64,000 nt of DNA, taken from an uncultured archaeon (lineage in GTDB: Archaea; Aenigmatarchaeota; Aenigmatarchaeia; PWEA01; JAGHBM01). Both the position numbers and the translations under genes were made by a program. The stretch covers positions 293,351-357,350 of the forward strand of contig CAZOZN010000001.1 in NCBI GenBank assembly GCA_964584335.1, written 5' to 3'. This document shows, in pieces, positions 53,475-63,243 of the stretch. The notes beneath the pieces were generated by a model that had not been told where the DNA came from, searched no databases, and saw only the letters and a program-made list of their open reading frames with translations. The stretch's first letter is position 1, and each line of letters begins with the position of its first letter.

Positions 53475-54259
53475 TTCTTGGCACCTTTTCTTATTTTTTC
53501 CTTTCCAATTTTCTTTACGTAATCTATAACTTCTTCGGCTTTCTTTCTTGGATTTTTGGCTTTATCTATCATTGAGTTTATATGTACACCATCAGCTCCG
53601 CCCATAATAGTATTTCTTAAATCCTCGAAATTCTTGTTTGAACCTGCGCATATTACAGGATGACCAACAGATTTTTTAACGGCATAAAACATCTCTGGGG
53701 ATGCGGGTCCGGGAGCTCCGCTACCTCTTTCCAATATAGTCATTCTATGACCCAAGTACCTACCGGCTAAAGCATAAGCTGCAGCAAGTTCGGGTTTGTG
53801 ATAAAGTATGGGTCTGGCCGAACCTATCCAACCAACAGTCTCGCCGGGGTCGACTATTATCAGAGAAGTTGGTATTGCTTCCGTTTTTTGCTTCCTTATC
53901 ACAGGAGCCGCAAGCGCCTGTGCACCGGTTATCCAGTATGGGTTCTTTGAATTAAGTAAACTCATGTAATAAATAGCATCGGCTTCGCTTGTCAGACCGC
54001 TCAAGTTGCCCGGAAACATCATAAAAGGTATCTTTATGTCTTTTTTCATTTCCTTTATTCTCTCACTGAGTTTGACAGTTTCCATATAACCTATAGAACC
54101 GCCTATAAGTATAAGGTCTGCACCAGCCTCATAAAAATATTTTGCCTGCTTCCAGCTCTTTTCACTGTCTTCTATGTCAGGGTCGATTAGGCCAAAGAAA
54201 ACGACACCATCGTCCTCTATTACTTTGTGGATATATTTTTCTACCTTACCAAACTTCAA
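53471..54259 (-). CDS. geranylgeranylglyceryl phosphate synthase (PcrB family, copy A)
   Basis: GLIDPD, ILIGGS, IPFMMFPGN, ADAIYYMSLLNSKNPYWITGAQA, IPTSLIIVDPGETVGWIG, ERGSGAPGP. Confidence 0.8.
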   Translation of the reverse strand: MKFGKVEKYIHKVIEDDGVVFFGLIDPDIEDSEKSWKQAKYFYEAGADLILIGGSIGYMETVKLSERIKEMKKDIKIPFMMFPGNLSGLTSEADAIYYMSLLNSKNPYWITGAQALAAPVIRKQKTEAIPTSLIIVDPGETVGWIGSARPILYHKPELAAAYALAGRYLGHRMTILERGSGAPGPASPEMFYAVKKSVGHPVICAGSNKNFEDLRNTIMGGADGVHINSMIDKAKNPRKKAEEVIDYVKKIGKEKIRKGAKK

Positions 54260-54263
54260 AATA

Positions 54264-55214
54264 TCACCGTCTTAGAGTTCCTTCATCCCTAAAGTATTTA
54301 ATTGTTTCTTCTATGCCTTCTTTAAAATTATACTTTGGTTTGTAACTCAATTCTCTCTTGGCCTTTGTTATCTTGTACCATTTATTCTTTATAAGCCTAT
54401 CTATATGGCTCCTGCTGACTATAGACTTGTTTCCGGTTGTTTTATATAAAAAAGCTATAAACTTGGCAAACCAGACAGGGATGTGTATCGGTTCTTTGTT
54501 TATTTCCAACTCTTCGCGTATTATCTTGTACATATCCTCATATGTCAAAGCTTCGTCATCAGCAACCAAATATATGCGACCATTTTTACCTTTTGTCCTG
54601 GCTTTTATAAGCAAAGGTATTAAGTTTCTTATATAAAGCATGTGCCACTTGTTTTCCCCAGTGCCTATTACAGGAAAATTCTTAAGGGCCTCGTTTAATA
54701 TTATGTTCCAGTATGTGTTGGGGCCATAGAGAAGAGCAGGTCTTAAAATAATAACAGGAATTTTGTGCCTCTTATAATACTCTATAACTGTTTTTTCTGC
54801 AAGAGTCTTGCTTTTCTCATAGTTTGTTATAGGGCCATAAAGACTTTTTTCATCCTGAATATTATTACTGTCTCTAATTACTCCGGCGGTACTAAGGTAT
54901 ACAAGCCTCTTAACTTTTTCCTTTCTGCAGGCTTCCAGTATGCTTACTGTGCCCCCAACGTTAACGTCAAATATTTGTTCTTTGGGCTTTTTTTCATCTA
55001 TTATTGCAGCAAGATGGTAGACATAATCTTGACCTTTAACAGCATTGGCAACAGCTTTTGTGTTTGTTATATTTCCATTTATATATTTTACATTTGGGTT
55101 ATTTCCAATACTCCTATCAAAAACAGTTACTTTAATTCTCTTTCTTTTTGATAACTCTTTGACAAGGTTTCTTCCTACAAAACCATTACCACCAGTAACA
55201 AGAACATTCACCAT
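54264..55214 (-). CDS. NAD-dependent epimerase/dehydratase (SDR family)
   Basis: VLVTGGNGFVGRNL Rossmann motif, YEKSK (YxxxK), extended-SDR length. Confidence 0.8.
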   Translation of the reverse strand: MVNVLVTGGNGFVGRNLVKELSKRKRIKVTVFDRSIGNNPNVKYINGNITNTKAVANAVKGQDYVYHLAAIIDEKKPKEQIFDVNVGGTVSILEACRKEKVKRLVYLSTAGVIRDSNNIQDEKSLYGPITNYEKSKTLAEKTVIEYYKRHKIPVIILRPALLYGPNTYWNIILNEALKNFPVIGTGENKWHMLYIRNLIPLLIKARTKGKNGRIYLVADDEALTYEDMYKIIREELEINKEPIHIPVWFAKFIAFLYKTTGNKSIVSRSHIDRLIKNKWYKITKAKRELSYKPKYNFKEGIEETIKYFRDEGTLRR

Positions 55215-55223
55215 TAAAACACC

Positions 55224-56093
55224 TCAAAGCACTAACATAAGCAAATTTCCAAATAATATTGTGACTACTATAGTTATAAAGAATACAGGTGCAAATCTAA
55301 CGCCTTCTCTTACCCATATTTTGTCTTTTATTTTCCTTATTTTATCTACTTCTTCCTTGGTAAGGCCCCTTATTATTCTTTTATTCAAATCAAGTTCCTT
55401 GACATCCTCGCCTATCATATCGCCCTCCCTGAGCTTCTCTGTTTTTATTTTTTTATAAAAGCCGACTTTTTCAACAGTCTTGAGAAATTTCCAAAGAAAG
55501 TAAAGTCCCATGCAACCAAAGAATGCACCTATACTAGGCCACAAAAAAACAATACCAAAATTACTCCAAAATATAAAAACATTAAGGCCGAGTATAATCA
55601 ATATAGCAGAAACAAAAACCAAAAACTCAATTTTACCTGCTTTTAAAGACTTTAAAAAATATTTTTTTATCTTTTTATTCCTGACAGAAATCAAAAGGGC
55701 ATATACTATTATATAGGCAGCGCCGACGAGAAAAACATTAAAGAAAATATTAAGAAAAAAGGGGAATATTGAATAAGAAACAATGCCCTCGGGTAAGGTA
55801 CCTATAAGAATTCCTACCGCACCAAGAACCTTGGCATCGCCGCCACCCCACTGACCTGTAAAATACATAATTATACCGAAGAGGAAAAATCCCGCACCTA
55901 TTAATGCCGGAAAAAATAAAAATCTCCAGTCACCGGTAAAAAGAGAAAAACCAAATCTTATCAGAAGCCCTATAATTACCATTGCCAGAGGTATTTCATC
56001 CGGTATTTCAGTGGTTTTAAGGTCTATATAACCTGAAATTGCTGTGCCTACAAGGCTTATAAAAACCAATAAATAAGAAATAAAAAACTGCAT
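55224..56093 (-). CDS. A24-family prepilin/preflagellin peptidase-like membrane protein with C-terminal extension
   Basis: GYIDLKTTEIPDE (first catalytic Asp) and WGGGDAKVLGAVG (second Asp, GxGD-type). Extra TMs plus a charged cytoplasmic segment. Confidence 0.7.
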   Translation of the reverse strand: MQFFISYLLVFISLVGTAISGYIDLKTTEIPDEIPLAMVIIGLLIRFGFSLFTGDWRFLFFPALIGAGFFLFGIIMYFTGQWGGGDAKVLGAVGILIGTLPEGIVSYSIFPFFLNIFFNVFLVGAAYIIVYALLISVRNKKIKKYFLKSLKAGKIEFLVFVSAILIILGLNVFIFWSNFGIVFLWPSIGAFFGCMGLYFLWKFLKTVEKVGFYKKIKTEKLREGDMIGEDVKELDLNKRIIRGLTKEEVDKIRKIKDKIWVREGVRFAPVFFITIVVTILFGNLLMLVL

Positions 56094-56172
56094 AAAAGTA
56101 ATATTTGAATAAAGTATTTAAATAAATACTGAATTATTTTATTTAAGGATATACTCAACTATTAGTGTTTAT

Positions 56173-56907
56173 ATGAAGGAAACAGACTTATTTGAGGATG
56201 AGAACGTGCCCCAGAGCATTGGAATAATAATGGATGGTAACAGGAGATTTGCCAAGGAAATAATGAAAAGGCCCTGGGAAGGACATAAATTTGGAGTAAA
56301 AAAAGCGAGAGAAGTGCTGCTCTGGTCCGATGAATTTAACATAAAATATCTTACTTGTTACGCGCTTTCAATAGAAAACATAAATTCAAGACCTAAGAAA
56401 GAACTTGAAAAGATTTTTGATTACTTTGAAAAGGAAATGGATGTAATATTGTCAGGCAATCACATAGTTCATGATACAGAGACAAAAGTAAATTTTATAG
56501 GAAGGCTTAATCTTATACCGGAAAAATTACTTAAAAAAATAGAAAGAGTCGAAGAAAAGACAGAAAATTACAATAAACATTTCATGAACATCGCAATCGC
56601 ATACGGCGGGCAACAGGAAATTGTAGACGCTGTAAAAAAGATATCAAGCAAAATTTCAAATGGAGAAATAAACAAAAGTGAAATAGATGAATCTTTAATA
56701 AAGAAAAATTTATACACTAATGATTTTAGATACCCGGATTTGATAATAAGAACCGGTGGGGAAAGAAGACTTTCAAATTTCTTACTTTGGCAGTCTGCTT
56801 ATGCTGAATTATCCTTCACTGACAGAAAATGGCCCGAACTATCAAGAGAAGATTTTGTTGAAATAATAAAAGACTATCAGATAAGGGAAAGAAGATTTGG
56901 AAAATAA
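56173..56907 (+). CDS. uppS: cis-prenyltransferase (undecaprenyl/di-trans,poly-cis-polyprenyl diphosphate synthase)
   Basis: IGIIMDGNRRFAK, HKFG, YALSIENI, DLIIRTGGERRLSNFLLWQSAYAEL. Confidence 0.9.
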   Translation: MKETDLFEDENVPQSIGIIMDGNRRFAKEIMKRPWEGHKFGVKKAREVLLWSDEFNIKYLTCYALSIENINSRPKKELEKIFDYFEKEMDVILSGNHIVHDTETKVNFIGRLNLIPEKLLKKIERVEEKTENYNKHFMNIAIAYGGQQEIVDAVKKISSKISNGEINKSEIDESLIKKNLYTNDFRYPDLIIRTGGERRLSNFLLWQSAYAELSFTDRKWPELSREDFVEIIKDYQIRERRFGK

Positions 56908-56920
56908 AAATAATTTTTAA

Positions 56921-57481
56921 TTAGTCTCTTCTTTTATGGAGAACAAAAAGCCTGTGTCTGGGATCATCGCCTCTCAACTCAAGCATTATTCTTTTTATTA
57001 TCATTTTCTGGGGATCAGGAAGAAGTGAAACTCTTTTATCCAAGTCATTGTAACTTTCGAAAGGCTTTACTTTCCTTTCATCCAAAAGCTCCCACATGTG
57101 TTTTTTTCCTACGCCTGGCAATAACTCAAGAGAGTGCATTCTGGTACTTATAGAGCCGGCTTTATTAAAGAACTCTACAAACCTATCTTCTTCTTCTCTA
57201 ACTAAATCCTCTATAATGCCCTCTAACTCAGAACGAGAAAAAGCAGTTAATTCTTTTATTGAAATGGACTTTTTTATGTATTTTATTTTTTCTCTTGTAC
57301 CTTCTCCAACATAAACCCTGTCTCCGAGACTAAGCTTTACATCTTCCCTGGGGACGACTTCTAAAAGAGAAAAATACTTCTCTCCTATTACCTGTGCAAT
57401 TGGTTCCGAACCTCCACGGCCCGGTATGCCATTTGGCAAAAAATCCAAAACTATTACCCAATCGTCCTTCATTAATTTCAC
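56921..57481 (-). CDS. DUF655-family protein with helix-hairpin-helix (conserved archaeal partner of rpl21e-rpoF)
   Basis: DWVIVLDFLPNG...PIAQVIGEKYFSLLEVVP...RFVEFFNKAGSISTRMHSLELLPGVGKKHMWELLDER. Confidence 0.7.
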   Translation of the reverse strand: MKLMKDDWVIVLDFLPNGIPGRGGSEPIAQVIGEKYFSLLEVVPREDVKLSLGDRVYVGEGTREKIKYIKKSISIKELTAFSRSELEGIIEDLVREEEDRFVEFFNKAGSISTRMHSLELLPGVGKKHMWELLDERKVKPFESYNDLDKRVSLLPDPQKMIIKRIMLELRGDDPRHRLFVLHKRRD

Positions 57482-57489
57482 CGTCCCAT

Positions 57490-57816
57490 TTATTTATCAT
57501 ACTTTTTCACTGTTTCTAATATTTTTTTCATTTTCTCGTCGCTAAGGTTTGTCATTTCTTTTGAAAATATAAGTTCAACGTCTTCCTTGGTCTTAGGTAT
57601 ATTGTTTACTATGAGAGTAGCCTGTCTTTCATCTATTCTTCCAATATCTCGGAGCTCTTTCATGAGCTTCCTTGAGTCCTCTAAAGAAGTTTTGCAGTAT
57701 TTTTTTAAGAAATCTAAGCAAATTTTCTGCTCGTAACTAAGTTTATCTACGTTTTTCTTCTCAAGACTGGATCTTGCTTCTGCTGAAGTAACAAAACATT
57801 CTGAAAGCTTCTTCAT
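57490..57816 (-). CDS. rpoF: RNA polymerase subunit Rpo4 (RpoF)
   Basis: ~108-aa helical protein with LSYEQKICLDFLKKY...RQATLIVNNIPKTKEDVELIF. It sits in the conserved position between rpl21e and DUF655. Confidence 0.7.
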   Translation of the reverse strand: MKKLSECFVTSAEARSSLEKKNVDKLSYEQKICLDFLKKYCKTSLEDSRKLMKELRDIGRIDERQATLIVNNIPKTKEDVELIFSKEMTNLSDEKMKKILETVKKYDK

Positions 57817-57844
57817 ATTAACTACCCTAAGAAATATAATGGAA

Positions 57845-58132
57845 CTACTTATTTATATGTCTTAAGTGCTCCGATTTAGTTATTATAGTCTTTCTTATAC
57901 TGCCATCCTTAAGTTCTACCAAATAGGATTTTCCTCTTATTCCTTTTACAACACCGCATCTTCCTTTAAACCTTGGATGAGGTAGAGCCCTATGAGAAGA
58001 GGGATTTATCTTTATCAAAACCTTGTCACCTTCTGAGAACTTCTCAAGAAACTCGTTTACAGTATTCTTTTCCTTAAAAGGCCTCTTCATCTTATTTCTC
58101 GTGCTTCTCCTAAATCCTTTTCCTCTTTTCAT
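57845..58132 (-). CDS. rpl21e: ribosomal protein L21e
   Basis: MKRGKGFRRSTRNKM...F.EGDKVLIKINPS......PHPRFKGRCGVV.G.RG.SYLVEL. ATG behind a GAGTGAT SD, with an alternative GTG at 58141. Confidence 0.85.
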   Translation of the reverse strand: MKRGKGFRRSTRNKMKRPFKEKNTVNEFLEKFSEGDKVLIKINPSSHRALPHPRFKGRCGVVKGIRGKSYLVELKDGSIRKTIITKSEHLRHINK

Positions 58133-58222
58133 AACAATCACTCTGATTATTGGTCTTATAATATTTAAATACTTTCCGATTGTATTAAGATTAAAATAAA
58201 AAGAGATTTATTTGATTTGAAT

Positions 58223-59050
58223 TTAATCTTCTTTTATAATATGGACATCTGTCTGGGGATAAGGAATATTTATTCCCGCCTCATCAAAAGCCTCCTTAAT
58301 TTTCTTTAAAAGTTCGCGTTTAACGGGCCAGTAATCAGTAGTTTTTACCCAAGGCCTGACAATAATATTTACACTGGAATCCCCTAATTCGTTGGTAGCT
58401 ACAAGCGGTTCAGGCTCCTTTAGAACCTTGTCATTTTTACTTATAACCTCCGAGGCAATTTTTATTGCCTTACCTATGTCATCTTCATAACCAATACCGA
58501 CCGAGAAATCTATCATACGGGTATCCATGGCAGTATAATTGACTATAGCATCTCCCCAAACTTTAGAATTGGGAATTATTACCTTCTTGTTATCTACTGT
58601 TAACATTACAGTGTTGCTTATACCAACATTTTGTATTTTTCCTGAATTGCCTGCTGTATCTACATAATCTCCCGCCTCGAAGGGCTTTGTCAAAGCTATC
58701 ATGAATCCTGCTGCTAAGTTACCCAGCATATCCTGGAATGCAAAACCAAAAACAAAACCAAACACAACAGAAATACTAACCAAGCCTGCGCCTACATCAA
58801 CTCCAAGAATGCTTACGGAAATAAGCAAAACAACAATCAACAACAATATTTTTGAAACTCTACTAACGAATTCTACAAGCAGTTGTGTCATTTTAGCTTT
58901 ATTCATCGCGCGCCTTATGTAGCGAACGACTATGACTACAAAAATGTAACCTACAACCAAAACAAGTACCGCAAAAAACAAGTTCCCGAAAGTTATATTT
59001 AAAACAGGTATTTCTTCTGATAAAAATGAAACAATATCATCCAAATTCAT
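58223..59050 (-). CDS. mscS: small-conductance mechanosensitive channel (MscS family)
   Basis: Three TMs, then PFEAGDYVDTAGNSGKIQNVGISNTVMLTVDNKKVIIPNSKV beta domain. Start at MNLDD behind a GGGGGA SD. Confidence 0.8.
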   Translation of the reverse strand: MNLDDIVSFLSEEIPVLNITFGNLFFAVLVLVVGYIFVVIVVRYIRRAMNKAKMTQLLVEFVSRVSKILLLIVVLLISVSILGVDVGAGLVSISVVFGFVFGFAFQDMLGNLAAGFMIALTKPFEAGDYVDTAGNSGKIQNVGISNTVMLTVDNKKVIIPNSKVWGDAIVNYTAMDTRMIDFSVGIGYEDDIGKAIKIASEVISKNDKVLKEPEPLVATNELGDSSVNIIVRPWVKTTDYWPVKRELLKKIKEAFDEAGINIPYPQTDVHIIKED

Positions 59051-59181
59051 TATCCCCCACCAAGACTCTTTATAGTTAATCTTTAATCTATAAAAACCTT
59101 TTAAAAAGGAATTTTCCTTAAAAATACTATAAATCAGTTTATTATTTAAATTAGGCAAAACAAATCTAAAAAGTGTAGAAT

Positions 59182-60093
59182 ATGATAATAAAGACAGTTC
59201 TTGTGGTTGATGATAGTCAGGAGGTAAGAGAAACTATAAAACACGCCCTGAACAGGAACGGATTCAACACAATAACAGCCAAAAGCGGGGAAGAATGCCT
59301 CAGCAAGCTAAAAGAAATAAAACCTGACCTAATTTTAATCGATATTAAAATAAAAGACATCCCAATAAATGAAATAATTTCAAATTTAGACAACATAAAA
59401 ACAACCATACTTATCCCTAAAGAAACGGGAGAAGAAGAAAAAAAAGAGCTTGAGAAAAACGAAGATGTAATAGGATTTATAGAAAAACCATTCGACATAA
59501 ACAAGCTAATAGAAGAAGTAGAGAAAACAATGGAAAAAAAGGTGGCTCATGACATAATAGACGAGACGAAAATAAACCAAAAAGTACTTCTCTTTATACC
59601 AAATACGAACAAGATATCAAACATAAGCCTTGATATACTAAAACTGCTTACAATGTGGAAAAAACAAAAAATAATTTACATAACACTTCAAAAAAGCAGA
59701 GAAAGATTGATGGAAGTTTTTAATAGAGAAAATATAACAACGGAGAATATTTACTTTGTAGACTGTATAACAGGTTTTTTTAGGACACCGGAAGAAACTC
59801 AAAATACGAAATTTGTTTCTGCTCCGTATGAACTAGACAAAATAAGCGAATCAATAAAATATTTTATGGACAAAAACACTTTCATAATATTTGATTCATT
59901 GTCAACATTACTTGACTACGGATACTACGTTCCTGCTGGAATGGATAAAATATCAAAATTTATAAACAAGTTTTCTGAAAAGTTAAAAAAGACAGAAAGC
60001 AAGATACTTTTCCTTTCGAAGGAAGAAGACAAAAAAATGCTTTTGATAGAAGAATCAATACCAATATATGATAAAATACTTTATTGGAGGTAA
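59182..60093 (+). CDS. response-regulator receiver fused to a P-loop-less KaiC/RecA-like domain
   Basis: REC: VLVVDDSQEVRE...KPDLILIDIKIKD...GFIEKPF. C-terminal: IIYITLQKS...IYFVDCI...FIIFDSLSTLL (KaiC-like strand order), but no GxxxxGK(T/S). Confidence 0.65.
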   Translation: MIIKTVLVVDDSQEVRETIKHALNRNGFNTITAKSGEECLSKLKEIKPDLILIDIKIKDIPINEIISNLDNIKTTILIPKETGEEEKKELEKNEDVIGFIEKPFDINKLIEEVEKTMEKKVAHDIIDETKINQKVLLFIPNTNKISNISLDILKLLTMWKKQKIIYITLQKSRERLMEVFNRENITTENIYFVDCITGFFRTPEETQNTKFVSAPYELDKISESIKYFMDKNTFIIFDSLSTLLDYGYYVPAGMDKISKFINKFSEKLKKTESKILFLSKEEDKKMLLIEESIPIYDKILYWR

Positions 60094-60097
60094 AAAA

Positions 60098-60454
60098 ATG
60101 GACAAGACTATAATGATTGTGGATGACGAGCCTGATATAAGAAAGACTACAAGCACTGTTCTAGAAAAAAATGGATATAAAGTCGTTACAGCCAAAAACG
60201 GAGACGAGTGCCTTAAAAAACTAGAGAAAATAAGGCCTGACCTAATTTTAATGGATATAATGATGCCGGGAACTCCGGTAAAGGAAGTAGTTTCAAAAAT
60301 AGAAGACATAAAAATAGCTTTTCTGAGTGTTGTAAGAACATCCGAAGCCGAAAAAGAGAATCTCAAAAAAACAAAAAACATAGTTGATTTTATTCAGAAA
60401 CCTTTTGATATAAACGAGCTTGTAAAGAAAGTAGAAGAATTAACCAATGAATAA
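60098..60454 (+). CDS. single-domain response regulator (CheY-like)
   Basis: IMIVDDEPDIR, RPDLILMDIMMPG, FIQKPF. GGAGGT SD before the ATG at 60098. Confidence 0.8.
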   Translation: MDKTIMIVDDEPDIRKTTSTVLEKNGYKVVTAKNGDECLKKLEKIRPDLILMDIMMPGTPVKEVVSKIEDIKIAFLSVVRTSEAEKENLKKTKNIVDFIQKPFDINELVKKVEELTNE

Positions 60455-61625
60455 AGTAAAGAAGAGGAAAATCATGGTTAACGAAAAAAGAATATTAAAA
60501 GAGAAAAGATTTTTCTTATCCCAGTTCTCTTCAAGAATAGTAACCGCTTTCTTGGTCATAATAGTTTTGCTGACATTCTTTATGGGCTATATGTCTTACT
60601 TATACCTGAAGAACTTTCTTACAGAAACCATGTTAAACGGTTTCATAGCTCTTCAATTCGTGCTCCTTTTGTTTGTACTATTCAGCGTTACAATTTACGG
60701 CTTTTTCACTGTAAGAATAATGTCCAAGCCAATAAAACAGCTTTACTGGGCAAGCAAGAGGCTAAGAAAAGGGGACTTTAAAGCAAGAACTAAAATAAAA
60801 ACAAATGACGAACTCGAAGAAGTCGGAGAGACATTGAACAAAGCAATAAAGGCTTTGGGTAAAATGAATGAAGAACACAAGAAACTCGAAAAGGCAAAAA
60901 CAGAACTTCTTTCTATAAGCTCTCATGAGTTAAGAAGTCCCATGACTCCCATAAAAGCGCAGCTACAGATGATACTTGGCGGTTACTTTGGAAAATTGAA
61001 CAAGAAACAAAAAGAATCTCTGAACATCGTATTGAGGAATACAAAAAGGCTTGACTGTATAATAAAAGACTTCCTAGAAGTTTCCAGGATAGACGCTGCA
61101 AGATTAAAATTTAATTTCGTCAAAACAGACCTAAAAAAACATATAAAAAACGCAGTGAAGGAGGCAAAATGTTTCCAGCCAAAAAAGAAAATAAAAATAG
61201 TTACAAAAATAAGCAAGCTTCCAGAGGTAAAGATTGACCCAAACAGGATATCTCAAATATTGAGAAATCTGATAATAAACTCGGTAAAATTTTCACCCGA
61301 AAAAACCAAAATAACAATAGGCGCTAAAAAAGAAAAAAACATGATTAAGATATGGGTAAAGGACCAGGGTATAGGAATATCAAAAAAAGACCAAAAAAGA
61401 ATATTCGAGCCATTCTTCCAGGCAGAAAATACAATATACAGAAAATACAGCGGTGTCGGACTTGGGCTGTCGATATGCAAGGGTATAGTAGAATCACAGG
61501 GTGGAAAAATATGGGTGGAAAGTGAGCTGGGAAAGGGAAGTACTTTCTATTTTACAGTACCAATAAATCCCCCAAAGAAAACAAAACCGGTAAATTTTTC
61601 TGTGTCAAAAAAATCGGCTTTTTAA
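60447..61625 (+). CDS. sensor histidine kinase (2 TM, HAMP, HisKA, HATPase_c)
   Basis: HAMP-like IMSKPIKQLYWASKRLRKGDF. H-box SISSHELRSPMTPI, N-box LRNLIINSVKF, G-boxes DQGIGI / GVGLGLSICK. Confidence 0.85.
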   Translation: MNKVKKRKIMVNEKRILKEKRFFLSQFSSRIVTAFLVIIVLLTFFMGYMSYLYLKNFLTETMLNGFIALQFVLLLFVLFSVTIYGFFTVRIMSKPIKQLYWASKRLRKGDFKARTKIKTNDELEEVGETLNKAIKALGKMNEEHKKLEKAKTELLSISSHELRSPMTPIKAQLQMILGGYFGKLNKKQKESLNIVLRNTKRLDCIIKDFLEVSRIDAARLKFNFVKTDLKKHIKNAVKEAKCFQPKKKIKIVTKISKLPEVKIDPNRISQILRNLIINSVKFSPEKTKITIGAKKEKNMIKIWVKDQGIGISKKDQKRIFEPFFQAENTIYRKYSGVGLGLSICKGIVESQGGKIWVESELGKGSTFYFTVPINPPKKTKPVNFSVSKKSAF

Positions 61626-61626
61626 A

Positions 61627-61950
61627 CTACCTTAATTTCTTCTCTTCTTCGCTAAATCCTGAGATTTTAACCAAGTAATCAGAAAGAGGGTTTCCCATCT
61701 CGACCAAATAAGAGTCTCCGTTTATAAACTTGAGAGAATATAATCCCCCCTCTAAACTTTCAACTTCAACGTTTATTTTATCGTAGCATTCTGAAAAAAC
61801 ATACTCTTCCGGGTCTATAGAAATATTCTCGTTTATTTTCCCACCGTTTGATATCTGGAAGGGTTTTGAATCAAATATACATTCATGCATAAAATACTTT
61901 CTATTCCTCTCCATTTTCTTTATTTTGGTTTTCCACATACTACCCCACAA
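61627..61950 (-). CDS. hypothetical protein (107 aa)
   Basis: ORF only, no motif recognised. Confidence 0.4.
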   Translation of the reverse strand: MWGSMWKTKIKKMERNRKYFMHECIFDSKPFQISNGGKINENISIDPEEYVFSECYDKINVEVESLEGGLYSLKFINGDSYLVEMGNPLSDYLVKISGFSEEEKKLR

Positions 61951-61985
61951 AATAAATAAAAATAGTAAAAGTATTTAAGATTTAT

Positions 61986-63230
61986 TTAAAGCTCATGATG
62001 CACTTTAATAACATCAAGCTTCTTAACTTCCGCCCCTGTACCGATTACCTCAGAAACCGAAGGGTATGTCCTGCCTTTATCACCAGAAACAAACTCCTTT
62101 ATGTATGTGCCTGCCTCTGCTTTTATAGAAATAGAAAATTTCCTTTTTGAAATCATCTTCCATTTCAAGTCTTTTATAACTCTCTTTCTCAGTTTGTCCG
62201 CCCTCCTATGCAAAACTCTTTCCGGGGTTTCCTGGTATATCTTCTTTCCCCTTAAAATAGAGAGCCTGTCCAGAGATTCCTTTTTTATATTATTTTTTGT
62301 AACAACAACAGCTTTGTATGTCTTATCGGGTCTTATACTCTTAACCTTCTCCACCATTTCCGAGCCTACAATCCTTAAATTTTTTACACTTACCCTCTTG
62401 GATTCGTTTATCAGGGAAAGTAATTTTCTTGTTTTTATCTTTCTTCTTGCAGGCTCAGTTATCTCCAAGACAAAAGGCCTCCAACCAAAACACTTCGCAT
62501 CTATATCCTCCCTTCCCGCGCCGTGGAATTTCGAGCCAGTGCCTTTTGTTATTTTTAGTACAGGTTTTGCTATTATCTGCTCCACGGAATTTTTATATTT
62601 GCCTGAAGGCCACCTGGTTTGAGGAAGGTTGCGTACAAGCTTGTTGTATTCACCATAAATATAAATAGAATTGAGCTGTAATTCAACATCTTTTTTATCA
62701 ATATCAATTAAAACAGTGACTTCGGGTTTTTTGAATTCTACATGTTTTCTTAGCTCTTTTTCTAGCTTTTTTCCTACTAACCTGTTTATCTCGGATTTTA
62801 TCGGCTCGCACCATTCTATACCAACATCTTCCCAAAGACTTTCCTCCCTTCTCAGCATATCACCGCTTATTTTGGTGCCTACAAGAAAGTTGCTAAATTC
62901 TATTTTGCTGAGCTTTTCTTTTGCTTTATTGGCAAAAAAATCCAGCTCATTAAAAATACCGCAACAAACAGAACATTCCTTCTCTTTTTTCTCTATATCT
63001 GAAAATCTAAAATTATAGTCATAAAAATTAGACATATCAACTTCAATATTCTTTCCTGATTCCAATAGCATTGCAAATAAGTCCCTTATAGACTTGCCTC
63101 TTTCTTTATTTTCAAGTCCATTCAAAAGCTGTGCAAATTGCCTTCCAAGACAATTATCACATACGAAGCCTTTATTCATAATACTGATGGCTTTCTCAAA
63201 AAATTCCGATTTTTCAATTAACATAATCAA
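61986..63230 (-). CDS. pus10: tRNA pseudouridine synthase Pus10
   Basis: N-terminal zinc module (CDNCLGRQFA ... CSVCCG), THUMP-like middle, C-terminal catalytic domain (GREDIDAKCFGWRPFVLEI). Confidence 0.85.
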   Translation of the reverse strand: MIMLIEKSEFFEKAISIMNKGFVCDNCLGRQFAQLLNGLENKERGKSIRDLFAMLLESGKNIEVDMSNFYDYNFRFSDIEKKEKECSVCCGIFNELDFFANKAKEKLSKIEFSNFLVGTKISGDMLRREESLWEDVGIEWCEPIKSEINRLVGKKLEKELRKHVEFKKPEVTVLIDIDKKDVELQLNSIYIYGEYNKLVRNLPQTRWPSGKYKNSVEQIIAKPVLKITKGTGSKFHGAGREDIDAKCFGWRPFVLEITEPARRKIKTRKLLSLINESKRVSVKNLRIVGSEMVEKVKSIRPDKTYKAVVVTKNNIKKESLDRLSILRGKKIYQETPERVLHRRADKLRKRVIKDLKWKMISKRKFSISIKAEAGTYIKEFVSGDKGRTYPSVSEVIGTGAEVKKLDVIKVHHEL

Positions 63231-63243
63231 AATAACCGTTATA

